Positions 1-10,523 of a stretch of DNA of 32,000 bases are shown piece by piece. Each line of letters opens with the position of its first letter. Positions within the stretch are counted from its first letter, which is position 1. Both the position numbers and the translations under genes were made by a program. The DNA is from Zygophlyctis sp. KS116 (taxonomy: Eukaryota; Fungi; Chytridiomycota): positions 1 through 32,000 of the forward strand of contig BAAFSQ010000002.1 in the NCBI GenBank assembly GCA_054661495.1. Reading direction: 5' to 3'. The notes under the pieces were generated by a model that saw only the letters and a program-made list of their open reading frames with translations, was not told where the DNA came from and did not search any database.

Positions 1-1
1 T

Positions 2-139
2 GAAGTCATTGCATGTTGGAACCAAGGAAATCCTTATAGGGTGCGTGTGAAGAGCAATGGAGAAAATGTATGGGCTCCTGAAGACAATGATGATTTTATT
101 CGGGAAAGGAAAAATGATCCATTGGTAGTGGATGAATAA
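2..139 (+). CDS. 3' end of an upstream gene, possibly the C-terminal extension of a CobW/COG0523-type GTPase
   Basis: Open frame 2: EVIACWNQGNPYRVRVKSNGENVWAPEDNDDFIRERKNDPLVVDE*, stop TAA at 137-139. The W..GNPYR....G..VW.P.D.D.FIR pattern resembles, from memory, the C-terminal domain of some eukaryotic CobW-like proteins. Confidence 0.4.
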   Translation, partial: EVIACWNQGNPYRVRVKSNGENVWAPEDNDDFIRERKNDPLVVDE

Positions 140-237
140 AACTTTGATTTCTATTAAATCGAATTTGAATAATGAGAATAATGAGACCACGGTTGTTATA
201 AGTTATATGATAGGGCTTTCAGGCCTACCAGATTACA

Positions 238-1682
238 ATGAAGATTGCCGTTCAAGGTTGTTGTCATGGGGAATTAGATATACTATATGCTACTCTCAAG
301 AATGAATCGATCGATCTATTAATAATTTGTGGCGACTTTCAATGTTTAAGATCGCCGATAGATTTACCATCTCTGGCTTGTCCTGCAAAGTATCGACGAT
401 TGGGAAACTTTTATGAATATTACAGTGGCTTAAAAGAGGCTCCATTCCCAACTCTATTCATCGGGGGCAATCATGAAGCAAGCTCTTACCTTTGGGAGTT
501 ATTTCATGGTGGATTTGTGGCACCGAATATTTATTTTCTTGGGTTCGCTGGAGTTATAAAGTTTGGCGGACTTCGAATTGCTGGAGTCTCTGGGATCTAC
601 AAGGAACATCATTATAATAAAGGATATTATGAAAAACATCCTCTAAGTGAAAATGATTGTCGATCTATCTATCATACAAGAAAATATAATATTTATAGGC
701 TATCTCAAGTAAGATTTATTGAACTTTCTTAAATTAAAGATTAAAGAACCAGTAGATATTTTCATTTCTCATGATTGGCCAAGAGGAATTTCTTATCATG
801 GAAACGTTGAGAAATTGATTTCAAAGAAACCGTTTTTTAGAAAAGAAGTACTTTTTATAGACTTAGAATTTAGATTCAAAATAATACACTAGGAAGTGCA
901 CCGAATGAAATGTTGTTGAAATTGTTAAGACCGTCATTCTGGTTTTCGGCTCATTTGCATGTCAAGTTTGAAGCTACATTTTCGCATTCTCTAAAGATTG
1001 TGAATCCAGATGAAATTTTACTAGATGATGATGAGTCTCAAAAGAGTGATGCTGAGGTACAATCTCAAAATACTCAATTTCTTGCACTAGATAAAATATT
1101 ACCAGGCAGAGAGTTTTACAAGGCAAGAAGTTTTTTCTAAGTTTTTAGATATTAGAAATTCCAACAAAGGACCAAGGGCCTTTAGAATTTATGTATGATG
1201 AAGAATGGATGTCGATAGTTCACGCAACAATGGATTATATGAGTTTGGAAAGTTGTCAAATGGATCTTCCGGATTCTGAATTTATTACAAGGTAAGTTTT
1301 AGAAATATTTTAATTGAACATTAGAAAAATAATGGAAAGTCGTGAGTTTTTAAAGGGGAAACTCTCCAAGGATGATTTGAAAGTTTCTGAATTCATAATG
1401 ACGGCACCACCCTTTGATGATTCTAAAGATTTCAAAGATGAAGATTGTAAGTTTATTTAAATTTGATAATTAGTTAAAACTTACATTAATCCTCAAACTG
1501 CGTATTTTTGTAATCTTTTAGACATAAAGAACATCATTAATCCAACTGGAGAAGTAGTTTCTTTTGGAGATCCTACAAGAGTTCTAAAGCAAAAGTATTC
1601 ATTGGATTGGAACTCTACCAAAAATACCTCTGTAAATATTTGTGATGAAAACTCTCAAAATGAAGAAGATGGTTACGTTTAG
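238..1682 (+). CDS. DBR1: RNA lariat debranching enzyme (6 exons)
   Basis: Motifs [41 protein letters not shown] and NPQT. Frame is restored by introns 709-739, 848-873, 1123-1148 (GC-AG), 1292-1324 and 1447-1473. Stop TAG at 1680-1682. Confidence 0.95.
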
Positions 1683-1694
1683 AATATTAAAACA

Positions 1695-2553
1695 TTAAGC
1701 ACGACCTGCGCATTCTTGTAATTCAGGATCCCAGTTTTGCTGAATCAAATACTTACGATCACCTTTTATTTGGTTATATTTTGCTTTATTATCATCAAGA
1801 AAAGTGGTGTCATAGTTCCAGCTGCATTTTCATTTCCTCTCAAATCAATCCAAGCGTTTAGATGCGGATCAGATATTGCTAGATTAAGATTTTAGAATTA
1901 TACCTTCAACAATTTCATGAGAAAGAGTATCAATCAAGCTATCAATCAAGCTATCGATAACTGGTGAATTATTTGGATAAACCCCATTATTATTTGATCT
2001 GCATCCTCTACAATACATCTAATCCGTAAATTATTAATAATTACCGGGTTCGCAACGATTCCATAATATATTGTAGAATTTGCATATTTTATAAAATCAT
2101 GTAGACCACAATATTGACTACAAAATCCATCGACTTTCACGTATTGGGAAGTGAATAGAAAGTATACACCAAAACTATCAATAGGAAAGCACTTTCGATC
2201 AAGATGATACTTTACAACAGCATCATTTGGTGACAATTTATGACCCAATGAGTAATCATCAATCACAAATCCCGCAAGTTTCACTTGATCTGTTCCATAG
2301 GTCCGCTTTGTCGCTTGATTTGCCTGATAATAGTATTTCATATTTAATTTGTACCATTGACTTGATCTATATCAGAATCAGTCCATTTCCCAATTGCGTA
2401 TATGTTGACCGTATCAGCTACTTAGTACCGTTCCTCCCAACCGGTAATAAATCGGAAACAGGGAGCTTGCTGCCGTTTTAGTAGATTTTGGTAATCTCAA
2501 AGAATTAATACCGTCTAAAATATTATGCACAATATAAGAATAAAACTAATCAT
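1695..2553 (-). pseudogene. EXORDIUM / phosphate-induced protein 1 (Phi-1)-like secreted protein, apparently frameshifted
   Basis: Family-like segments YYRLGGTVL, TVNIYAIGKW, GFCSQYCGLH, YYGIVANP, SHEIVEAISDPHLNAWID..GNENA and KYLIQQNWDP. Frame breaks near 2420 and near 1820 are not explained by GT-AG introns. There is a 12-nt tandem duplication at 1929-1952. The 5' end is uncertain. Confidence 0.65.
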
Positions 2554-3490
2554 TTAAGCAAATGCTTGCGAAACGCTTGAATACTGTGATTCAATTTCAG
2601 CTTTTCCAAATGCCCTGTCCAAACTTGCTCATTATCAGAGACTTCAGGATTTTCATGAATAATTTCATATAATTCTTTATCCCAGTCAACTTGATTCTCG
2701 ATCTCGTATGAAATAGCTTTAGAATGATAAAATCTAATCGATTGGCTTGAAATCAGATTGTATGCATTTGCCTATTATTTAATGTTTGTAATAAATACAA
2801 TTTCATCTAATGTAACAGTATCTGGTTGTCTTAGTTTAGAAATGAACAACTTCCAATTTTCATCATATTTCATAATGTCCGATTCTAGATTTGAAAAGCA
2901 GACTTGTCTTTCTAAACATGCCTCTCTCACTAGTACACCAGATACAGAATTTATCAAATGGTCATTCACTGGTTGGCTTTGCAGCCAATCATTCACATCT
3001 GTGATACAATTTTTCAAGTCGAAAAGAACAGCCTTTGTTGGTATATGTGGACCTAAAAGTATTAGATTTGTACTGAATCACCTTTAAATATTTCAAAGGA
3101 TAGAAATGATAAATCTATACTTAATGTTGGGCGAGTATGAGTTTTCTTGATATCAATAGATTTCATCTGTTTATGATCAAATAGATAGTATGCATGCTTT
3201 CCATTAATATCCCAACATAATAAAACCGATGGTTGTTTATTACTGATCGCCTTGAATAAAATCACCTTCTGACTAGATTCTAAACCAGATGTGGACTTTT
3301 CCCTTGCCTGCTGTTTCTTACGTCTATTCACCGCTCGAGTCGGCGCAAATTCCAGGACTTTATCATTGTACTTGAATCGTGAAAGACCTTGAAAGAATAT
3401 TGGACATTCGAATTTATCTTTACTAATTGTAGTGATTGGATTCATTTTTATTAACCAGTCTTGAGCATCTAAATAGACTCTAAAATCCAT
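2550..3490 (-). CDS. Hypothetical protein (3 exons, ~290 aa)
   Basis: ORFs 3062-3490 and 2775-3017 join in frame via intron 3053-3081. Intron 2772-2798 extends the frame to TGA at 2550-2552. No recognised family motif. Confidence 0.7.
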
Positions 3491-3500
3491 AATGTATTAA

Positions 3501-4088
3501 TTAACGATCAATCACTTCCGCTTCGTCCGAATTCTGAGATTCCAAAGACTCTTGAAGCAGATTCTCCAAATGTTGTAGATTTCGAATTCCTTGACTAGAA
3601 AGTCCATTTGGTGAAACTCCTTGAAATGGCTCTTGTAATTCATCTGTGGCTTGATCGTCCTTGGGATCTGGATTAAGTGCAGCACATTCATTTAAAGCTA
3701 TAAACAGTTCATCCAGGCAACCATCATCATTTGGAACTATTCTCATTTCTGGTACAACATCAGATCCATCACTTTGATTTATAAGCTCTAGCTGACAATA
3801 GATGCAAGGCTTTCGAACCAATCGATCATTTTCTCCTCTAGAAATGGCATGAATCACAATTGTAGGATAATCAATAGTAATGCATTCATTTTCATTACTA
3901 TGGAAAATAATATTTCTAGTTGTGATGTACAAAGTTCCCATTCCAGCATCAGATATTCCTTGAAATTCAGGGGAAAATATCAATTGCACATTCCGTCCGA
4001 CAAATTTAGATAAAGGCAGATCTCTGTTTAATGCATCGGCTGCAGAGGTAGCAATTTCAGGAAGGTTTTGAGAGATTTGTATTGGCAT
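3501..4088 (-). CDS. pICln / LOT5-family protein (methylosome subunit, Voldacs domain)
   Basis: GTLYITTRNIIF, IDYPTIVIHAIS, PCIYCQL, EMRIVP, LF.ALNECAALNPDP. First ATG is at 4088; the ORF-track start at 4109 is TTG. Confidence 0.88.
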   Translation of the reverse strand: MPIQISQNLPEIATSAADALNRDLPLSKFVGRNVQLIFSPEFQGISDAGMGTLYITTRNIIFHSNENECITIDYPTIVIHAISRGENDRLVRKPCIYCQLELINQSDGSDVVPEMRIVPNDDGCLDELFIALNECAALNPDPKDDQATDELQEPFQGVSPNGLSSQGIRNLQHLENLLQESLESQNSDEAEVIDR

Positions 4089-4123
4089 TTGATGGTTTGC
4101 CCTAATCAATTGTCTGAATACTT

Positions 4124-4717
4124 ATGTCGTCGGCTCGCAACAAAAGGATCATCATCGGAGTCACCGGATCTGTTGCGTCTGTTAAATTAAAGGCATTGAT
4201 TGATTATTTGAAATTACATTACTCTGATCAAGTGGAAATCAAGGTAGTAGCGTCAAATAATTCACTAAACTTTTTCAAAGCGCAAGACTTGGAGCCAATC
4301 CAAGTTTATACAGATTCGGTAGAGTGGAAGGAATGGAAAAAAATTAATGATCCAATCTTACATGTAGAATTGAGGAATTGGGCTGATGTAATAGTTTTGG
4401 CTCCATTATCAGCAAATTCAATGGCAAAGATTGCAAATGGGTTCTGTGATAATCTATTGGTATTATTAATCATTTTTAACGTTTAGACTTGTATTCTTAG
4501 AGCATGGGATCATGAAAAACCTGTAGTTGTTTGTCCGGCAATGAATACTTTTATGTGGAATCATCCAATGACAAGTAAACATCTAGATATCATCAAATCT
4601 TTAAATTATATTATTGTAAATCCAATTAGTAAAAAATTGGCATGTGGAGATATTGGGATCGGTGCAATGGCAGAAGTTTCGGACATTGTAAAGGTTCTAA
4701 ATAAAGTCTTAGAATAA
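4124..4717 (+). CDS. PPCDC: Phosphopantothenoylcysteine decarboxylase (HAL3/CAB3-type flavoprotein)
   Basis: GVTGSVASVK, PILHVELRNWAD, APLSANSMAKIANG.CDNLL; after intron 4460-4486: TCILRAWD, PAMNTFMWNHP, KKLACGDIG.GAMAE. Both the catalytic His and Cys motifs are present. Confidence 0.93.
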
Positions 4718-6161
4718 AATTGTTAAAATAAAAATCCAAAAGAATGATACTGCAAATGCAACATTGAAATTTGGAATAGCTTGATTTTTGTTGGTAGATG
4801 TAGTACTGGTCTTTCCTTTAGTCCCTTTAAGATTCTTCTTTTCAATTCGTTTTAATTGAACACATTGACCAGTTATAGGATCAAAAGTACCAGAATTAGG
4901 ACAAGAAGTAGATACAGTTTGTCTAATAGGCCCTTGAGGAGGTGGTACAGGCTCCTGAACACTTGGAGGCTTTTGTGGGCAATTGAAGCAAGTTTTGAAC
5001 CACACTTTTCCATCTGGATACTGGCAGATTTTGACTAAATTTGGCTCATCAATATTTCCATCACCATTATTATCAATTCCATCGCATATTTCACTATTTG
5101 ATGGGTCAACTGCAGGTAATAAACAATCAAGAGCTGGGTTAGTAAGAGAACCTGAAACATCAGTTGGATTTGCCATCCAAGAAAGCAATTGCTGATTATT
5201 TATCCAATAAACATCTTCATAATTGTTTTGAGTCCATTCTATAAAATCTTTTATTGCATCAGAGACCATGAAAGCAGCATGTAAATAAATCCCCAGAGGA
5301 AGTCTATTCCCATTATAGCGTTGAAGAAAATTGCTCTTTAACAACTCTAATGTCTTTTCATATGTGATTGAACCGACAGGATTTGGATCCATAGCAGCAT
5401 TAAGAGAATCATCAGGATTCAATAAACTATACATTGGAACTTCCCACAATCCAGGGAATTTGAAATTCCCCTCACAACTCCCACTTCCACATGTTACAGG
5501 AACCCCATAATCTAAAGTATAAGGCCAAAATCCTGAGACTTTTGGTTGATGTTCTATTGATGAATCATAAAGAAAATTGTTTGATGAATGCAAATTCTGA
5601 AATGAACCAGTCGACTAATATTAGACGGTTGAATAACCTACATAATTCAAGAATGGAGTTCTAAATCCTTTGAGTTTGTCTCTTGGTATACCAGCGTAAG
5701 AATTCAATGCACTTTGAGCGCCATTTATCTCTCCGGCAGAAGGAATCGCAACATGATTCATTGTATGAACAGCGATTTCATGTCCTTGCGAGAAAAGACT
5801 TTGCACATAGGAGTAATCAGTAAACTTCGTAGAGACAAAAAACGTAGCAGATAAAGGACAACCGTTCGGATTCTTTGTTCTATTCACCATGGCATTTTGA
5901 AGGAGACCCCATAAAGGCTCATTCACAGAATCATCAAAAGTCAATGTTATAAACTGAGGAATCCGTTTAGGATCCAAGTTGCCAGGTGGATTTTTTGACG
6001 GGCAGAGACACTTTGGCATCTCACATGGTCCACTATATTAAGAGTACACAATCTTACCATGTAAACCCATTAACTGTATTTGAATTTGTGGGACTAACCT
6101 GTTGGGCATACACATAAATTGTATTCAGAAGGACAATTGTCTTTAACAAGCTATCAATCAT
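4709..6161 (-). CDS. Secreted/GPI-type CE4 polysaccharide (chitin) deacetylase
   Basis: Signal peptide MIDSLLKTIVLLNTIYVYA; motifs TFDDSVN, HEIAVHTMNH, GFRTPFL, FLYDSS, LWEVPM, PLGIYLH; hydrophobic C-terminus. Introns 6033-6057 and 5615-5641. Confidence 0.88.
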
Positions 6162-6385
6162 TGCTGGTCTTGCAGTTTTATCAGTGCTTAGTGTTACGTC
6201 AACGGTGACCAGACAATGTCATTTCGTTGTTATCGGACACGATTAAACACTCATGCACTAAAAGTCAAAACACAAGGTATCAACAAATCTTATTATAGCA
6301 CAAAGTATCTATTTTAAACCCAAAAACTACATGTAACGATCTAAAAATAGATTCAGATACTTTAAAATTAATTTCTACTATAGAC

Positions 6386-9142
6386 ATGGAAGACTTTTGG
6401 CTTTCTAAAAAGATAAATATCAAAATTTCAGAGGCTAAACATCTCAACGGTAAGTGTACCAATCAATTTTAATCATCTAGAAAAGATCAATTCATATTGC
6501 ACAATAGATTTAGATTCAACTGAACATTCTCGGACTTCAACTGCATCAGCATCAGAGAGTCCATTTTGAGTAAGAAAGTGATAAGAATTAATTATAGGAC
6601 TATAAGAATTCTTTTGAGCACAGATCAGAATTAAAAATGATGAGGATAAATGTGTGGAATCAGGAACATCTCGGTGAAAAGACCAAGTATGGAGAATTGG
6701 TTATTTCAAAGAGAGAATTGTCGTTAGGGGTAAAAGGATGGTATCCAATTCAGCCAATTAAACCAAAAGGTAATATAAACCAATATTAATAGTAGCCCAA
6801 GGAAAGGTGTTAGTGCTTTTCAAGTATTACCGGCCTAAACAAAATAATCCCAATCATAGTGTTTCTGTCACAATTCTGAGAGCACAGGGAATATCTAGTC
6901 CATTCTCAGGTAAGCATTCTTTGTCCTAATTTAAAGATGAGCCGCCAACATCTCAAGCAATTCTTCACTTGATTCCGAATCTTATCAGCCACGCTACTGC
7001 TATTAAATCAAAGAATTCAAATCCTGAGTTTTTGGAATATTTCACATTGTAATCTTTTTTACAAATCTAATTTCATAGTACCTTTAAGGAAGTCCTTGAT
7101 GCTACAAAGATATATATTTCCTTGTGGGATCCTGTTGTTTTCTCATCTAATACTTCGAAATCTTCTCTAGGATATGTTTCGGTTTTAGTGAGTGATCTGG
7201 TCAAGAATGGGCCGGAATGGCAAACATGGCTAAATCTAAATGTTTTCGAGACGCTACCCTCTCAAGCTACGGATGCATCTTCAACAATCATAAACTCTAT
7301 AAGAAATCATGAAAAGGGGCTATTTCTTACTAATGTTCCACTTGTCCATAATTTTCATAAATCTTCTGCGAAGAATATACTATGCCCAGGATGTAAATCA
7401 AAGATTTCGAGGAACTCTGTCACCTGCACATATTGCCTGACTATCGCACATCAAAGCTGTGCTAAATCCTGTAAAGAATGTTCTGGCCTTGGAATGATGT
7501 ATATTGAGGCACATTATGAAGAAAACACTGTTCTTCCCCTGAAAATGTATGATTCTCTGATAGATTTTCTTTTCCAAGACAATTTTGCATTTCCTTTGTA
7601 TTTGGAAAAGCCAAATGAAGATCGGGATGAGATGTTAGATCTAATGGTAAAATTCGAGATAATTATTAATTAAAAGATGACATTAATGGACTCCAAAGGG
7701 AAATCAACTGATTTTATGAAATATTTATTGCTGGTAGAGTTAAGCAAATCGAATGATACAAAAACTTTATTTAGAGCAAATTCATATGCCACAAAAACTG
7801 TAGATATTTACATGAGGCGTCATGGTAAAATATTTATGAAAAAAGTATTGGAATCTATGCTGGTATTTATAAGAAATCATGAAGTTAATTGCGAGTTGGA
7901 CCCAGAAAGATTGTCGAAAACTGGCAAATTAGAGACGAACGTATCGAATTTAGAACGATGTTGTGGGCTTTTTTTAGGTGATCTTCTGAAAAATATTCAT
8001 CTAATTCCATTGTATGAAAATACTCATTAAAATTTAGGGGATTTCGAGACTTATTCATGTTCATAAGATCAACGGTTACTGAAAAGTTTGCTGCAACTCA
8101 GAAAACTGGCTATGCGGCTATTGGTGGATTTTTGTTCCTCAGATTTTTTGGGCCTGCTTTAGTAAGCCCCACAAAATACGGGCTTATTGAAGGTAGAAAT
8201 TTACTGTACTAATTTCAAGGAAATGTTAATCCCCAAACTCAGCGCAATCTAATTTTAGTTTCCAAAACTATTCAGAATCTTTCGAATTTCGTAAAATTTG
8301 GAGCTAAAGAGCCATATATGAAAGTGATGAACGACTTTCTAGAGCAATCTCGGGACAATCTAGAGCTGGTGATGAATTTGATATCTGTAAGACTCTTTTT
8401 ATTAAATTTGTAGGATCCCAAGACACAAATTCCAAAGTTTGTTGCACGTACCAATCCCTTAGAGACCGCCCGTGATGCAGACAGATTCAGTCAGATATTA
8501 ATCAAATCACACAAATCGAATGAATTTCTGAAAGACTTTGGTCGTAAAACAGACATTTTACTTTTATTTGGATCCATTGAAAGGCGAAAAGATGTTTATA
8601 CTTCTAAACTGAAAAGCGGAAAGATCACTCCTAAAGTACCTGAAACTCTTGAAGCTCAAAAAACTGCTTCACCCCCTCCTCGACATTCTTCTGCAAACTG
8701 GAGAGATTCTGGCAGTTTAAAGTCGCTTAGTTCTATTGTTGAAGAAATAGATCGCGGCGACAAGGCCTCTGAGAGAACAAACTTACCAAAGGCGCAAAAA
8801 GACAAAAAGTCTCCAAGTCGCACGATATCACATCAATCAGTCTACTACGATGAAGGGCGTGAAGAACCTCGCAATAGTTATAGATTTTCAACCATTAGTT
8901 CATTATCATCATCATCGATCAGTGATCTAGATGATGATCCTGAACCAAAACGTACCATATCAATATTTGGAACTTTACAAAAGAATAGGCGTAGAATATC
9001 CTCGGCTATTGAATCTGCAACTAGGAAAGAAAGACTTAGTAGAACTTCATCAAAGGAATCATTAAATAAGAAAGATAAATTAAGCAGAAAATCATCACTG
9101 GAATATTCAAGTAGCAAGGATAGATTAAGTAGAAACGGTTAA
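6386..9142 (+). CDS. Ras GTPase-activating protein with two C2 domains and a C1-type zinc finger (GAP1-family-like), multi-exon
   Basis: N-terminal C2 start ([11 protein letters not shown]), second C2 (VTILRAQG...NPEFLEYF), C1-like HNF..CPGC..C.YC...AHQSC...C, arginine finger [10 protein letters not shown], signature [30 protein letters not shown]. Stop TAA at 9140-9142. Confidence 0.88.
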
Positions 9143-9223
9143 AAAGGTTGAATATCTATTTAAACTAGAATTAAGTGACGTTATGTTTTGAGGGGACAGG
9201 GCGGCAACTGTGGCGTTCCGAAA

Positions 9224-10433
9224 ATGAATGAAAAGTCCAATTCCAACAAGCCTGCCAGTAAGATATTATTGAAATAACTCTAGACACCGCATTCTCCCAA
9301 CAGAGACTTAAGTCATGGCAACCTTTGCTTACTCCAGGTGTTGTCTTACCATCATATTTTATAATTGGACTTATCTTTATCCCGATCGGAGTTTCTCTTT
9401 TATTGGCATCGAATTCAGTCATTCAATATACATTTGATTACACTGATTGCTCCAAAGCTACAAGCACTTTTCAGCCGGTTGACAATCAAGCATTGGGGAT
9501 TGTCGCATGGAAGTATACAAATGGAGTATGTTCCATTCAAGTTTCAATCAAGGAGGATATTCCTGCGCCAGTTTATATGTATTATCGTCTTACCAATTTT
9601 TACCAGAATAATCGTAAATATGTGAAATCGTTTGATCTGAATCAATTAAACGGAAAGAATATAATTGACCCAAATGGGTTAACGGCTGACTGTGATCCGC
9701 TCAGATCTAATCCTACAGACACATGGGTCTTGATTGGAACAACTAATACAACCATTCCAGCTGGAAGCGCATTGATTTATCCTTGTGGATTAATTGCAAA
9801 CTCAATGTTTTCAGGTAATTTTTTAGAATAATAGTATAGATGATTTTTCTAATCTCACATGTGTAAAAGGTACTATCAATGGTCGATCATGCGCTGACTC
9901 TAACATTCAGTATGTATTTAATACATCCCAGATTTCTTGGCCAAATGATAACCAAAGATTTAAAGATTCTAGTGTTTTCCCTGCAGATTGGACTAAAGTA
10001 GTTCCACCGCCTTTCTGGAGAAATATTCCTAAATGGAAAAATGGATATAACAATACTAATTTTCCCAATATTTCCACTTTTGAAAGATTTCATGTCTGGA
10101 TGAGGACTGCTGGGTTATCAACTTTTAGAAAATTATGGGGACAAAATTCCGGAGAACAACTAGCTGCTGCTACTTGGCAAATTGACATTGATGATCATTT
10201 TAATACTTCCTTGTTTTCTGGCTCAAAGTCTATTGTGATTTCAACAATATCAGTAATTGGCGGTAAGAACCCTTTTCTGGGTCAAGCTTATCTTGCAGTT
10301 GGAGTTATTTGTTGGATCTTTGGAGTGGGATTGTTGTTGAGGCATATGATAAAACCAAGAAAATTGGGTGATCATAGTTACTTGTCATGGTAAGAATATT
10401 AAACTGAAATTTAGGAATCAACCGTCCAAATAA
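9224..10433 (+). CDS. CDC50/LEM3-family P4-ATPase (flippase) beta subunit
   Basis: PANTAFSQQRLKSWQP after intron 9258-9283; YYRLTNFYQNNRKYVKS, PCGLIANSMFSD (intron 9815-9839), VWMRTAGL, GGKNPFLG.AYL, PRKLGDHSYLSWN (intron 10390-10414). Confidence 0.94.
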
Positions 10434-10523
10434 TTAGCTTAGTTCTAGGCTCAATATTTACATTAATACTGGTCTAGGGTACTGGAAGCCCTAAAGAAAT
10501 TTAAAAAATCTCATCGCTTTTTA

